58,451 nt of DNA, from NCBI GenBank assembly GCA_022561975.1, contig JADFQD010000004.1:1-58451 (forward strand), given 5' to 3'. How positions within the stretch are numbered: position 1 is the first letter of the stretch; each line of letters opens with the position of its first letter. The DNA is from Acidobacteriota bacterium (lineage in GTDB: Bacteria > Acidobacteriota > Thermoanaerobaculia > Multivoradales > JAHEKO01). Made by a program: the position numbers and the translations under genes. Shown here piece after piece: positions 34,032 to 43,371 of the stretch. Below the pieces are notes generated by a model that was not told where the DNA came from, made no database searches, and saw nothing but the letters and a program-made list of their open reading frames with translations.

Positions 34032-35309
34032 ATGACCATTCGCGTTGATTCTGAAATCGGCAAGCTGCGCCGCGTTCTCGTGCATCGTCCCGATCGCGAG
34101 ATCGACTGGATGGTGCCTCGGATGATGGAGCAGCTGCTCTTCGACGACATCCTCTACGCCAAGGAGGCGCGGGCCGAGCACGAGGATTTCTGCAGCGTCC
34201 TCCAAAGAGCCGGCGTCGAGACGCTGGAGGCGCAGGACCTGCTCGTCGAAGTTCTAGCCGAGCCTATGGCAAGAGAAGAACTGTTCGAGGACCTGGGGCG
34301 GAACGGCGAGCTTCCCAGGCAGGGGCGCAGCGTCCTCGAAGATCTCGAACCTGCCGCACTGGCGGCCGCGCTGATCGCGGGACTTCGCCACGAGGACGGT
34401 TACCACAGCGCCGAAAGCGTGCTCTTCGACCTGACGCCGATCCCGAACTACTTCTTCCAGCGCGATCCGCAATCGGTCCTCGGCGACCGGGTGATGATCT
34501 CCTCGATGGCCACCGCTGCGCGGCGCCGGGAAGCCCTCCTCGCGAAATCCATTTTCAGCCATCATCGCTTGCTTTCCGGACATTCGGGTCTTTTCCCGAT
34601 GGCGGACGGCGAGACCGGCGCCGGCTTTCTCTCCGGCGGTGAGCCCCCGACAATCGAGGGCGGCGATGTGCTCGTCGCCAGCTCCGAGATTCTTCTGGTC
34701 GGCATCAGCCAGCGCACCAACCGGCGTGGCGCCGAGAGGTTGGTCGAGTACCTGCGCCGGAATGCCGGCAGCTTCCGCCACCTGATCATGGTCGATCTGC
34801 CGGCGCGGCGCTCGTACATGCACCTGGACACGGTGTTCACGCTGATCGACGATGGGCTCTGCCTGGCGTATCCGCCGGTCATCGAACCCGGCCACCAGCT
34901 CACCGGCCGCGCCTTCTACGTGGATCTGAGAGCCGAGGAGTTCTCTTTGATGCTTCGCCCCTCGCTGCTCGAGGCGCTCGACCAACTGGGCATGAGCCTC
35001 GATGTGGTTCCCTGTGGAGGCGCCGGCGACATTCTTTTTCAGGAGCGCGAGCAGTGGACCGACGGTGCCAACGCGTTCGCGATCGAGCCCGGCGTGATCC
35101 TGCTCTATCGCCGCAACCGGCGCACGATCGACGAGCTGGCCAAGCGCGGCTGGCGAGTGGTCTCCGAGGAGGATGTAATAGCCGGCCGTGAAGCGGTGGT
35201 GGGCCGGGGACCCACGGTGGTCACGGTGGAAGGCGACGAGCTGTCGCGAGCGCGCGGCGGTCCGCGTTGTATGACCATGCCGCTCGAGCGCGAGCCAATG
35301 TCAGCTTGA
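34032..35309 (+). CDS. arcA: Arginine deiminase
   Basis: SEIGKLRRVLVHRP, LLFDDI, PNYFFQRD, IEGGD, MHLDTVF, EQWTDGAN and ELSRARGGPRCMTMP motifs. Confidence 0.93.
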   Translation: MTIRVDSEIGKLRRVLVHRPDREIDWMVPRMMEQLLFDDILYAKEARAEHEDFCSVLQRAGVETLEAQDLLVEVLAEPMAREELFEDLGRNGELPRQGRSVLEDLEPAALAAALIAGLRHEDGYHSAESVLFDLTPIPNYFFQRDPQSVLGDRVMISSMATAARRREALLAKSIFSHHRLLSGHSGLFPMADGETGAGFLSGGEPPTIEGGDVLVASSEILLVGISQRTNRRGAERLVEYLRRNAGSFRHLIMVDLPARRSYMHLDTVFTLIDDGLCLAYPPVIEPGHQLTGRAFYVDLRAEEFSLMLRPSLLEALDQLGMSLDVVPCGGAGDILFQEREQWTDGANAFAIEPGVILLYRRNRRTIDELAKRGWRVVSEEDVIAGREAVVGRGPTVVTVEGDELSRARGGPRCMTMPLEREPMSA

Positions 35310-35328
35310 TGAGCGGGGAGTTTCTTGG

Positions 35329-36276
35329 ATGATGTCCAAAGATCTGATCTCGATCCACGACCTGTCCGCTAGCGCGGTGAGCGCGCTGCTCGACCTTGCG
35401 GCCGAAGTCAAGGCCGACCCGCGGCGGTTCGCCACCGCGCTTTCCGGCAAGAGCCTGGCAATGCTGTTCGAGAAATCCTCGACTCGCACGCGGGTCAGCT
35501 TCGAGGTCGGCATGTTCCAACTCGGTGGCCAGGCTCTCTTTCTGTCCGCGCGGGATATCCAGCTCGGTCGCGGCGAGCCGATCTCCGATACCGCGGCGGT
35601 CCTTTCGCGCTACGTCGATGGCGTCATGGCACGTACCTTTGCCCATCAGACGGTGCTGGATCTGGCCGCTCACGGCTCTATTCCGGTGATCAACGGCCTG
35701 ACCGACGATCTTCATCCCTGCCAGGCGCTGACTGACTACTTCAGCCTCGGCGAGGTCTTCGGAGGGCTGGATAGGCTTGCGGGGCGCAAGATCGCCTACG
35801 TGGGTGATGGCAACAACATGGCGCATTCTCTTCTTCACGGCGCGCCCAAGGTGGGCATGAACGTTGCTGTGGCGACACCGAAGGGGTACGAGGTCCAGGA
35901 CGCCTATCTGGACAACGCCCGCCGGGATGCCGAAGCTGCCGGCACCTCGGTCGAGACCACCCACGATCCGAGAGCGGCGGTGGCCGGAGCGAGTTGCGTC
36001 TACACCGACGTCTGGGCTTCCATGGGTCAGGAAGAAGAGGCGGAGGAGCGTTTGAAGGCGTTCGAGGGGTTTACCGTGGATGCCGAGCTGATGGCCGCTG
36101 CGGCTCCGGAGGCCGTTTTCTTGCACTGCCTTCCGGCCCACCGCGGCGAAGAAGTTGCGGCCGCCGTCGCGGACGGTCCACAGAGCCGCATTTTCGACCA
36201 GGCCGAGAATCGACTGCATGTTCAAAAGGCGATCATGGTCGAGCTGATGGGCGATCGAAGACGATCGGATTCGTGA
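35329..36276 (+). CDS. argF: Ornithine carbamoyltransferase (ArgF/ArcB)
   Basis: FEKSSTRTRVSFE, HPCQAL, GDGNN, TDVWASMGQE, HCLPAHRGEE and QAENRLH motifs. Confidence 0.95.
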   Translation: MMSKDLISIHDLSASAVSALLDLAAEVKADPRRFATALSGKSLAMLFEKSSTRTRVSFEVGMFQLGGQALFLSARDIQLGRGEPISDTAAVLSRYVDGVMARTFAHQTVLDLAAHGSIPVINGLTDDLHPCQALTDYFSLGEVFGGLDRLAGRKIAYVGDGNNMAHSLLHGAPKVGMNVAVATPKGYEVQDAYLDNARRDAEAAGTSVETTHDPRAAVAGASCVYTDVWASMGQEEEAEERLKAFEGFTVDAELMAAAAPEAVFLHCLPAHRGEEVAAAVADGPQSRIFDQAENRLHVQKAIMVELMGDRRRSDS

Positions 36277-36322
36277 ATCGCAAGGGCAAGATCAAGCCGC
36301 GATTGTCTGGCAAGGCGTCTTG

Positions 36323-36349
36323 GCCTGACCCGTGATGAGAAGGTCAGGC
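36323..36349. terminator. Hairpin between convergent argF and sulfatase-like genes (possible terminator)
   Basis: gcctgacc-N11-ggtcaggc; no clear U-tract. Confidence 0.35.
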
Positions 36350-36370
36350 TAGCGATTGCTTCCCTTGTGC

Positions 36371-37843
36371 TCAGTTCAAATAGCCGAGCGCCTTCAGAGC
36401 TTCGATCGTCGCGTCGCTTTGGTTCGCCGCTTCGCCGCCTTCCACGATGCGCTTCGGTTGCTTCATCCAGGCGAAGAGTTCGGTGCGTAGGGCCCTGGCC
36501 TCGCTCCGTCTGCGGTCGATGAGATCGCGGGTCTCACCGGGGTCGGCGTCGAGATCGAACAGCTGGTAGGACATTGGCAGGCCCCGCCCGCTCCGCTTCG
36601 GATGATAGATGAGCTTCCACTCGAGGCTTTGAACGCTCCGGTAGTGCATCCAGCCTTGCTCTCCGGACTCAGAGAAGGCGTAACGAAAGCGATCGGAATC
36701 GATGGCCGAATCCACGGCTGAAGCCTTGGTAGGTGGGTGCAGAAAGTCGATGAGACTGGAGCCCTCGAGCCCTTCGACATCACGCTCCGGAGCCACGAGA
36801 TCGCGGAAGGTCGGATACAGATCAATCAGCTCGACCGGCCGCTCGACACGACGCTCGCCATCGATGGCCGCCGGGTACCAAAAAAAGAGCGGCACCCGAG
36901 ACGTGCTGTTGTACGGCAGGCGACCGTGCTTCAACTCGTCGTGCTGCCCGAGACCCTCGCCGTGATCTGACGTGAAGACCACCAGCGCGTTCTCCAGCAG
37001 ACCCAGATCTCGGGCGCGGTCGAGAAACGACCGGATCGCACGATCGACCAGGAGAATATTGGCATCGTATTGCGCGATGTAGTAGTCGAGCTCCTGCCTC
37101 CCGTCGAGGATCTCTTGTCGCGGAAACCAGCTGCCGATTTTCCGCTCGCCGGTGTAGTAGGGGTCCCCTAGAAAGGGGTTCTCGACGCCTTCGGGCTGCA
37201 CATAGGGTGAGTGAGGCTCGAGGTAATGGAGCCAGACGAAGAGCTTTGGATCCTCCAGGTGCGCCTCGAGCAGACGTATTCCGGCGGCCGTGATTCTTTC
37301 GCCGCTCAGGACCTTTCTCCACTGGAGCGGCGTCTTTGGCGGCACCTTTTCCAGTTTCCAGGGCTCGACAAACTCGTCGAACCCCTGGTTCCAACCCAGC
37401 TCCGACGACAACACGGCGTTGCCGATCACGGCCAGGGTCGTGTACCCACTGTCTTGGAATAGCTCCGGAAGCGTCTCGTACTCCCCCGGCAATCGGATGG
37501 CCGCCCGGTGCGTCAGGCTTGTTGTCTGGGGATAGCGCCCCGTGAACATCGAGGCCATCGAGGCGCCGGTCTTGGGCCACTGGGCGATGGCGCGGTCGAA
37601 GACGACACCTTCGGCCGCCAGCGAATCCAGGGACGGTGACGTGGCACGAGGATAGCCGTAGGTGCCGAGATGATCGGCTCGCAGAGTGTCGACGACGATC
37701 AGGAACACTCGGGCCGGTGGCTCGATCGCGGTGTCTTCTCCGCCAGTGCCACCGCCGCAGCCGCTGACCCAGGTCAGCGCCAGGCAGCCGAGCAGGGAAG
37801 AGGCGCCGGCCAGTGGCCGGCAAGGTCGCACCCGGAGCGTCAT
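36371..37843 (-). CDS. Sulfatase-like hydrolase/transferase lipoprotein
   Basis: Lipobox VSGC; DTLRADHLG, QWPKTGAS, EPHSPY, SDHGE, DPGE and C-terminal LKALGYL. Confidence 0.85.
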   Translation of the reverse strand: MTLRVRPCRPLAGASSLLGCLALTWVSGCGGGTGGEDTAIEPPARVFLIVVDTLRADHLGTYGYPRATSPSLDSLAAEGVVFDRAIAQWPKTGASMASMFTGRYPQTTSLTHRAAIRLPGEYETLPELFQDSGYTTLAVIGNAVLSSELGWNQGFDEFVEPWKLEKVPPKTPLQWRKVLSGERITAAGIRLLEAHLEDPKLFVWLHYLEPHSPYVQPEGVENPFLGDPYYTGERKIGSWFPRQEILDGRQELDYYIAQYDANILLVDRAIRSFLDRARDLGLLENALVVFTSDHGEGLGQHDELKHGRLPYNSTSRVPLFFWYPAAIDGERRVERPVELIDLYPTFRDLVAPERDVEGLEGSSLIDFLHPPTKASAVDSAIDSDRFRYAFSESGEQGWMHYRSVQSLEWKLIYHPKRSGRGLPMSYQLFDLDADPGETRDLIDRRRSEARALRTELFAWMKQPKRIVEGGEAANQSDATIEALKALGYLN

Positions 37844-37914
37844 GGCTCGGAATCTATCCCAATCGGTGTAGGTGCCCGTCGGGCTGCTAGCCGGGCCGCT
37901 CGAGACGCGTTGCG

Positions 37915-39084
37915 CTACAGCGACGATTTGCCGAAGTTGGCCGACAGGGTTTCGAGGTCGATCTCGTCGATGACCCCGTCACGATTCAAATCCCAGATCA
38001 AGCCGTAACCGGGGTCCGCGCTGTCGAGTCCGAATCGGAGCGCGAGACCCACCAGGTCGACTCCGTCGACTGCACAGTCGAAGTTCACATCGCCCGGCAG
38101 CACCGTGCGCCCGGTGATGGCGTAGATCGCGATCCCGCGATTGAGGATATTGGGTGGTTCCGCTAGGTCCTGGGCGATTACCCGCAGCACCGCCCGGCAC
38201 CCAAGGGCCTTGCTGCCCCTATGGGTCAGCACCACTTTTGTGGCGTCGCCGTCGCTCTCGGTGCCGTCGGTAACTACGTTGCCGTTGATCAGGAGCTGGG
38301 TCTTCCGCAGGTCGAGCCCGGATCCGTTCTTGAAGTCGTAGACAGGAATCGTGATTTTGCTGCTGCCGGAAATTTCATTGGGCAGCGGTCCGGGCTCGAA
38401 GTTGCCAATGACCGGCGGCTGCGAGTCGATCCCGTTCAGAAGGTCGGCGAAAGCGTCCGTTAGTTTTTCGTAGCCGGCGGCGTTGAGGTGCCCGACCACG
38501 TCCTTTGGATCCTGGTCATAGTAGTCGGCGAAGTAGCCGGGCACGATCTCGGGATCGAAGATATCGTAGGCGTCGGCGAAGCTGAGGTCGCGGCCGACGG
38601 CCAACTCTCGGAGCTCGCCGACGAAGGTGGCCGTGGTCCTGTTGTGCCGGTCGCGCTTAGCCTGCGGTGACCTCGGAATAATCGAAGACAGTACGGCTTC
38701 GATTCCGGCGTCGCGAGTCTTGGAGATCATTGCATCGAGGTTGGCGAGCGTGCTCTCGATCGACAGCTCGCCGGTGAAGATGGCGCTGACGTCGTTGGTG
38801 CCTTCCATCAACAGCAGCACGTCACCACCCACACGGAGGGCCGATTCGATGCGCGACAGGCCGATGGCGGTTCTCTCGCCGGGCTCGCCGAGATTGACCA
38901 CCTCCGAGCCCTCGTCGAGTTTCTTCTCGAGTCTTCGGGGATAGCCCAGCCCCTCCTCGTCGCCGGTTCCGGCCGTGAGTGAGTCTCCAAAGGCCAGGAC
39001 CTTGACCGCCGCCGTGGGACCTGCCATCGCGCAGCCGACAAGCAACGCGGTCATGAGAACAGCTGCCGGCGAAGGTCTCGTCAT
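37915..39084 (-). CDS. Secreted SGNH/GDSL hydrolase with Ig-like domain and C-terminal dockerin-like double EF-hand
   Basis: AFGDSLT, EGTND and D..GHLN..GY motifs; GDVNFDCAVDGVDL...DLNRDGVIDEIDL. Start at ATG 39084 (TGATG overlap). Confidence 0.85.
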   Translation of the reverse strand: MTRPSPAAVLMTALLVGCAMAGPTAAVKVLAFGDSLTAGTGDEEGLGYPRRLEKKLDEGSEVVNLGEPGERTAIGLSRIESALRVGGDVLLLMEGTNDVSAIFTGELSIESTLANLDAMISKTRDAGIEAVLSSIIPRSPQAKRDRHNRTTATFVGELRELAVGRDLSFADAYDIFDPEIVPGYFADYYDQDPKDVVGHLNAAGYEKLTDAFADLLNGIDSQPPVIGNFEPGPLPNEISGSSKITIPVYDFKNGSGLDLRKTQLLINGNVVTDGTESDGDATKVVLTHRGSKALGCRAVLRVIAQDLAEPPNILNRGIAIYAITGRTVLPGDVNFDCAVDGVDLVGLALRFGLDSADPGYGLIWDLNRDGVIDEIDLETLSANFGKSSL

Positions 39085-40148
39085 CAGCGCACCGTGTTCC
39101 ATCGGAGCGCCGCAGATCGGCCCGGACGGGTCCACTGCAGAACGGGTCCGGTCGGGGTCAGCTTGGCGAGGACGGGTCGAAGATCGCCGGCGTCCTCGAG
39201 CCGAGCCCGTCGAAGAACGGGCGAGTCGCCGTCCAAGTCGGTCACCGCCCAGCCTCTGGGCCGAGCGGTGCGGTAGATCACCAAGAGCCTGCCGTCAGAA
39301 CGCGCCAGGGTCGGGAAGACCGATCCGTGAGGGGTCACAGCTCGTTCGCGCCGCCATTCGCCCGAACGAAACTCGCGCGCCAGCAGTCGGTATTCGCCAT
39401 CGTCCATTCGGCCCCAGACCAGGGTCGCCCCGCGGCCCGAACCGGCGAGCACGGGGGTGATGTCCGGCGTTGTGTTGTCGGCACCAACGCGGGCGGGCGA
39501 GGACCAGGTCGCGCCCTCGCGGAGAGTCCAAAAGATCTCGTCGTCCGAGCCGTCGTAGCGACTCCAAGCGAGTAGGATTTCACCGCCCGCGAGCGTGACT
39601 CCGCTGAGACCCGTCTGACTGCCCGGACCGGGTCGGGAGACCGTTTGTGTCGGCCCCCAATCCACCCCGGTCCACTCGGCGAATCGCACCGCCATTGTGC
39701 GCTGGCTCTCGCCCTCGAGCCAAGCAGCGCCGGCCAGCTGACCTTGGTGGACCAGGAGCACGGGCCGCAGCTGGAGCGCCTCACGCTGCTCGAGCGCCGG
39801 CAGCCGGGTGCCGTTGTGTCCGGTGGAGGCCACCAGGAACACGGAGGTTTCGGAGCCAGAGGAGCCGGCGATCTCGGATCTGCGCACGCCGACGGCCACC
39901 CAGCCCAAACCGGTCTCGGCGATGCCGGTCAGGGTCTCCTCGGGGCGGAGGGAGACGCGGCTGCGACCCCGATCACTCTTGACCCGGGCCCAACCCGACC
40001 GCGACAGGAGCACCAAATGGCTCGAGCTGTCGGTGGGCTGGATCGCGGTGACCGGTCCTCGATTCCTGTGGGTTCGGGCCGCGGTCGGCGCGGCGAACAA
40101 CAGGAGGATGACCGGAATCGCGCAAAGCTCGGTGGGCAAGCGGCGCAT
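39084..40148 (-). CDS. Hypothetical secreted protein, probably beta-propeller-like
   Basis: Signal peptide; repeated W-containing beta segments (LAWS..DG..EIFW, LVW, W..P..V). Translationally coupled to the SGNH gene. Confidence 0.65.
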   Translation of the reverse strand: MRRLPTELCAIPVILLLFAAPTAARTHRNRGPVTAIQPTDSSSHLVLLSRSGWARVKSDRGRSRVSLRPEETLTGIAETGLGWVAVGVRRSEIAGSSGSETSVFLVASTGHNGTRLPALEQREALQLRPVLLVHQGQLAGAAWLEGESQRTMAVRFAEWTGVDWGPTQTVSRPGPGSQTGLSGVTLAGGEILLAWSRYDGSDDEIFWTLREGATWSSPARVGADNTTPDITPVLAGSGRGATLVWGRMDDGEYRLLAREFRSGEWRRERAVTPHGSVFPTLARSDGRLLVIYRTARPRGWAVTDLDGDSPVLRRARLEDAGDLRPVLAKLTPTGPVLQWTRPGRSAALRWNTVR

Positions 40149-40252
40149 GGCGGACCGCAAGATCCTACGGTGGCGGGACGGGGGCTGTCAACGGCGGCCC
40201 TTGGGCTACAATCCCGGGGCGATTCCGGCACTCGCCGGATGAAAGTCCTCCC

Positions 40253-41887
40253 ATGAAGCCCCTTATTCGAAGTCACTCCGCCGCGGGTGTGCTCACTGCT
40301 TGGTTCCTGATCGCGGCCTGCGCAGCGCCGGACCTCGGTCCGGTGCCCGAAAATACCTCGCATCTCTGGGGCAAGGACGGCGAGCGCTGGCGCCCGGCCG
40401 AGCGGCTGCCGGACTTCTCACATGCCGGCTATCGCGCCGGCGACGAGCCGATTCCGAAGGTCCCGGTGGTGGCCAATGTCAAGGATTTCGGGGCGACGGG
40501 AGACGGTGTGACCGACGACAGCCGGGCATTCCTCGAGGCGATCAAGACGACGTCGAACGGGGCGATTCTGATTCCCGCGGGCCGCTATCTGATCACCAGA
40601 CCGCTCCTGATCGGCAAGAGCAACCTGGTGTTGCGCGGCGAGAGCCGGGACTCGACGGTGCTCTACTTCCCGAGGACTCTCAAGCAGGCCTTCAAGAAGG
40701 GCAAGGACGGGGGGCCGACCGGGTGGTCCTGGGGTGGTGCTTGGATCTGGGCCAATCCGGACCTGCGCCGCGGTGATTCGAACGCCCCGGTCTGGCATCG
40801 AGGCGAGAGGCTCGCCGAGGTGACCAAGATCGCGCTCAAGGGCCAGACCTGGATCAAGGTCTCGGATACCCGCGGGATTGAGCCGGGGCAGATGGTGAGG
40901 CTGATTCAGCACGAAAGCGACGGCTCGCTGGCGCTCTCGATGCACGCCGGTCATCCGCTGAGGGGCAGGTGCATCATCGACATCCCAGGTTTCCAGACCA
41001 TCAATTGGCTGCTCGAGGTGACTCGTATCGAGGGCAAGAAAGTGCATTTCGACCGTCCCCTTCGGCTCGATGTCAAGCCCGAGTGGAAAGCCCAGCTCTT
41101 CGAGGCCGTGATCGAGATCGAAGAAGTCGGCATCGAGCACCTGACGATAGAGTTTCCCGTGCGGCCGTATCCCGGCCACCATAACGAGCCCGGGGCGAAC
41201 GCCATAAGCCTCGGGCACGCCTACAACAGCTGGGTGCGCGATGTGGCGATCCTGAACGCGGACAACGGCATCTTCTTCTGGTACGCACGCTACTGCACGG
41301 CCCAGAACGTAGTGATTGCCGGTCGTGCCGGGCACTACGGTTTCAATCTGGGCGGCGCCCAGGACAGCCTCGTGACGCGGTTCCGGATCGAGAATCGCAA
41401 CATCCACGACACCTCGCTGAGCAACATGGCCAATGGCAATGTCTACTCCTGGGGCAAGGGACGCAACATCAATTTCGACCACCACCGAGGAGCGGCCTTT
41501 CAGAACTTGAGCTCTAGAATCCACGTCGGCCTTCCCAACCGCCTGTGGGTATCGAGCGCCACGAAGACCGGACATTACACGGCAGCGCACGAGACCTACT
41601 GGAACATCCGTCCCCGGGCGGAGATCCGGAGGCTCGAAACCTGGCCGGCCCAGAACATCATCGGTCGGATAGGCAGGTCCGAGAAGGCTAGGTCGGATCA
41701 GCTCGATCGCTGGCTCGAGCACGTCGATAAGCTCGAGCCCGAGGATCTGCACCTCGCGCAGTGGCACCGTCGCACGAGCCGCCCCATGCCGAAACGGCCC
41801 AGGTTTCCGAAGGCCTTGCCGGAGGGATTGGTCACTAATACCAGCGTCGGGGGCGGAGTTCCTCCGCGCGATCTGGCGCGGAAATGA
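40253..41887 (+). CDS. Right-handed beta-helix (pectate-lyase-3/GH28-related) polysaccharide-active lipoprotein
   Basis: Lipobox IAAC; LPDFSHAGY, NVKDFGATGDG.TDD..AF, IPAGRY, VLRGE and NSWVRDV motifs. Confidence 0.8.
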   Translation: MKPLIRSHSAAGVLTAWFLIAACAAPDLGPVPENTSHLWGKDGERWRPAERLPDFSHAGYRAGDEPIPKVPVVANVKDFGATGDGVTDDSRAFLEAIKTTSNGAILIPAGRYLITRPLLIGKSNLVLRGESRDSTVLYFPRTLKQAFKKGKDGGPTGWSWGGAWIWANPDLRRGDSNAPVWHRGERLAEVTKIALKGQTWIKVSDTRGIEPGQMVRLIQHESDGSLALSMHAGHPLRGRCIIDIPGFQTINWLLEVTRIEGKKVHFDRPLRLDVKPEWKAQLFEAVIEIEEVGIEHLTIEFPVRPYPGHHNEPGANAISLGHAYNSWVRDVAILNADNGIFFWYARYCTAQNVVIAGRAGHYGFNLGGAQDSLVTRFRIENRNIHDTSLSNMANGNVYSWGKGRNINFDHHRGAAFQNLSSRIHVGLPNRLWVSSATKTGHYTAAHETYWNIRPRAEIRRLETWPAQNIIGRIGRSEKARSDQLDRWLEHVDKLEPEDLHLAQWHRRTSRPMPKRPRFPKALPEGLVTNTSVGGGVPPRDLARK

Positions 41888-43296
41888 GCCGCTTTCCGAA
41901 ACTCACGCGAAGGGCTGCGATCGAGTTCTCCGTCTCGGCCGCCCTCTTGTCGATGCTGGCCTGCGGCGAGAGTGGCGGCGAGAGTGGTCACAGGGGTTTC
42001 CCGGACTTCTCGGCCGAGTCCGGCCTCGATCGTCCCAACGTGCTTCTGGTGTTGATTGACGCCCTGCGTCGGGATCACCTCGGCACGTATGGCTACCCGT
42101 TGCCGACCACGCCCGGTATCGACATCCTCGCGGCCGAGAGCACCGTTTTTACACGTGGCTACAGTCACTCTACTTGGACCAAGCCGTCGGTCGCTACGCT
42201 CTTTACTTCCCTCTATCCGGATCAGCACGGGCAGGGTCGGGTGGGATTCGAAGGTGAGGCGGGTTTTCAAACCGATGTCTTGCCCAAACGGCTCACCACT
42301 CTTGCCGAACGGTTCAAGCGGGCCGGATACCGCACCGGTTCTATCGGGACCAACGTCCATATCCAGAAGAAGACCGGTTTCGCGCAAGGCTTCGACCACT
42401 TCTATAACAAACGGCTGACGGTCGCCTACCGGGTCAACGAGCTCGTGAAGGAGTGGTTCGAGTCCGGAGATCAACAAGTGCCGTTCTTCGCCTACGTTCA
42501 TTACATGGACGTCCATTTCCCGTACAACCGGCAGCTGCCGGATGAGACCGGCCGTTTCGGCAGTGTTCGCACCACACCGCCGGTGCCGATGCATTGGACG
42601 CAGGTCTCCAAATGGGCCGAGAAGCATCTAAATCCGAGCAATCTCGCCGCTCTGATCGCGCGCTACGATCGAGAGATCGCCTACACCGACCGCGCCTTCG
42701 GCGAGCTCTGGGCCTGGCTCGGTGAGACCGGACGACTGGAGAACACGATCGTGGTCCTGGTCGCCGATCACGGCGAGGGCTTCAACGAGCACGGCGAACT
42801 CCAGCACGGCTACGCTCCTCACGAGGAAGTGACCGCGATCCCGTTCATGATTCGGCTGCCGCCGGTCTACCGGCTCGAGCCGGGAAGGAGCCACGAGATG
42901 GTCGGGCTCGTAGATGTCATGCCCACCCTGCTCGACCTGGTCGGCCTGAGCGTGCCAAAGAATGCTCAGGGGCGAAGCCTCGTGCCGCTACTAGCGGGCG
43001 AGCCACTCCGGGAGCGCCCGATCTACATCGAAGGTCCAGGCATCCGCGGTCTGCGCGGCTCGACTCACGCCCTGTTCTCACCCGAAGAGGGCGAAGACCA
43101 GTGCTTCGACAACCAGGCCGATCCACTGGAGCAATCGCCGCTCGAAGCTCCCTTGCCCGAGATCTGCGCCCGCATGGCTGCTGCGCTCGAGGGGCTGGCT
43201 GCCCAGTTCGAGCTCATTGCCGAGGGAGAGGAGTCTCCGGTGACCCTCGATGCCGAGGAGGTCGAGACGCTACGAGCGCTCGGGTACCTGGACTAG
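41884..43296 (+). CDS. Sulfatase-like hydrolase/transferase lipoprotein
   Basis: TRR plus lipobox MLAC; DALRRDHLG, STWTKPSV, MDVHFPY, ADHGE and C-terminal LRALGYL. Confidence 0.85.
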   Translation: MSRFPKLTRRAAIEFSVSAALLSMLACGESGGESGHRGFPDFSAESGLDRPNVLLVLIDALRRDHLGTYGYPLPTTPGIDILAAESTVFTRGYSHSTWTKPSVATLFTSLYPDQHGQGRVGFEGEAGFQTDVLPKRLTTLAERFKRAGYRTGSIGTNVHIQKKTGFAQGFDHFYNKRLTVAYRVNELVKEWFESGDQQVPFFAYVHYMDVHFPYNRQLPDETGRFGSVRTTPPVPMHWTQVSKWAEKHLNPSNLAALIARYDREIAYTDRAFGELWAWLGETGRLENTIVVLVADHGEGFNEHGELQHGYAPHEEVTAIPFMIRLPPVYRLEPGRSHEMVGLVDVMPTLLDLVGLSVPKNAQGRSLVPLLAGEPLRERPIYIEGPGIRGLRGSTHALFSPEEGEDQCFDNQADPLEQSPLEAPLPEICARMAAALEGLAAQFELIAEGEESPVTLDAEEVETLRALGYLD

Positions 43297-43371
43297 CCTG
43301 CTGAACACAAATACGGTCACGTATTGAAGCGCGCTGCAACATCGTGGGCGGCGTGGCGTTCCCTCTTGGCA

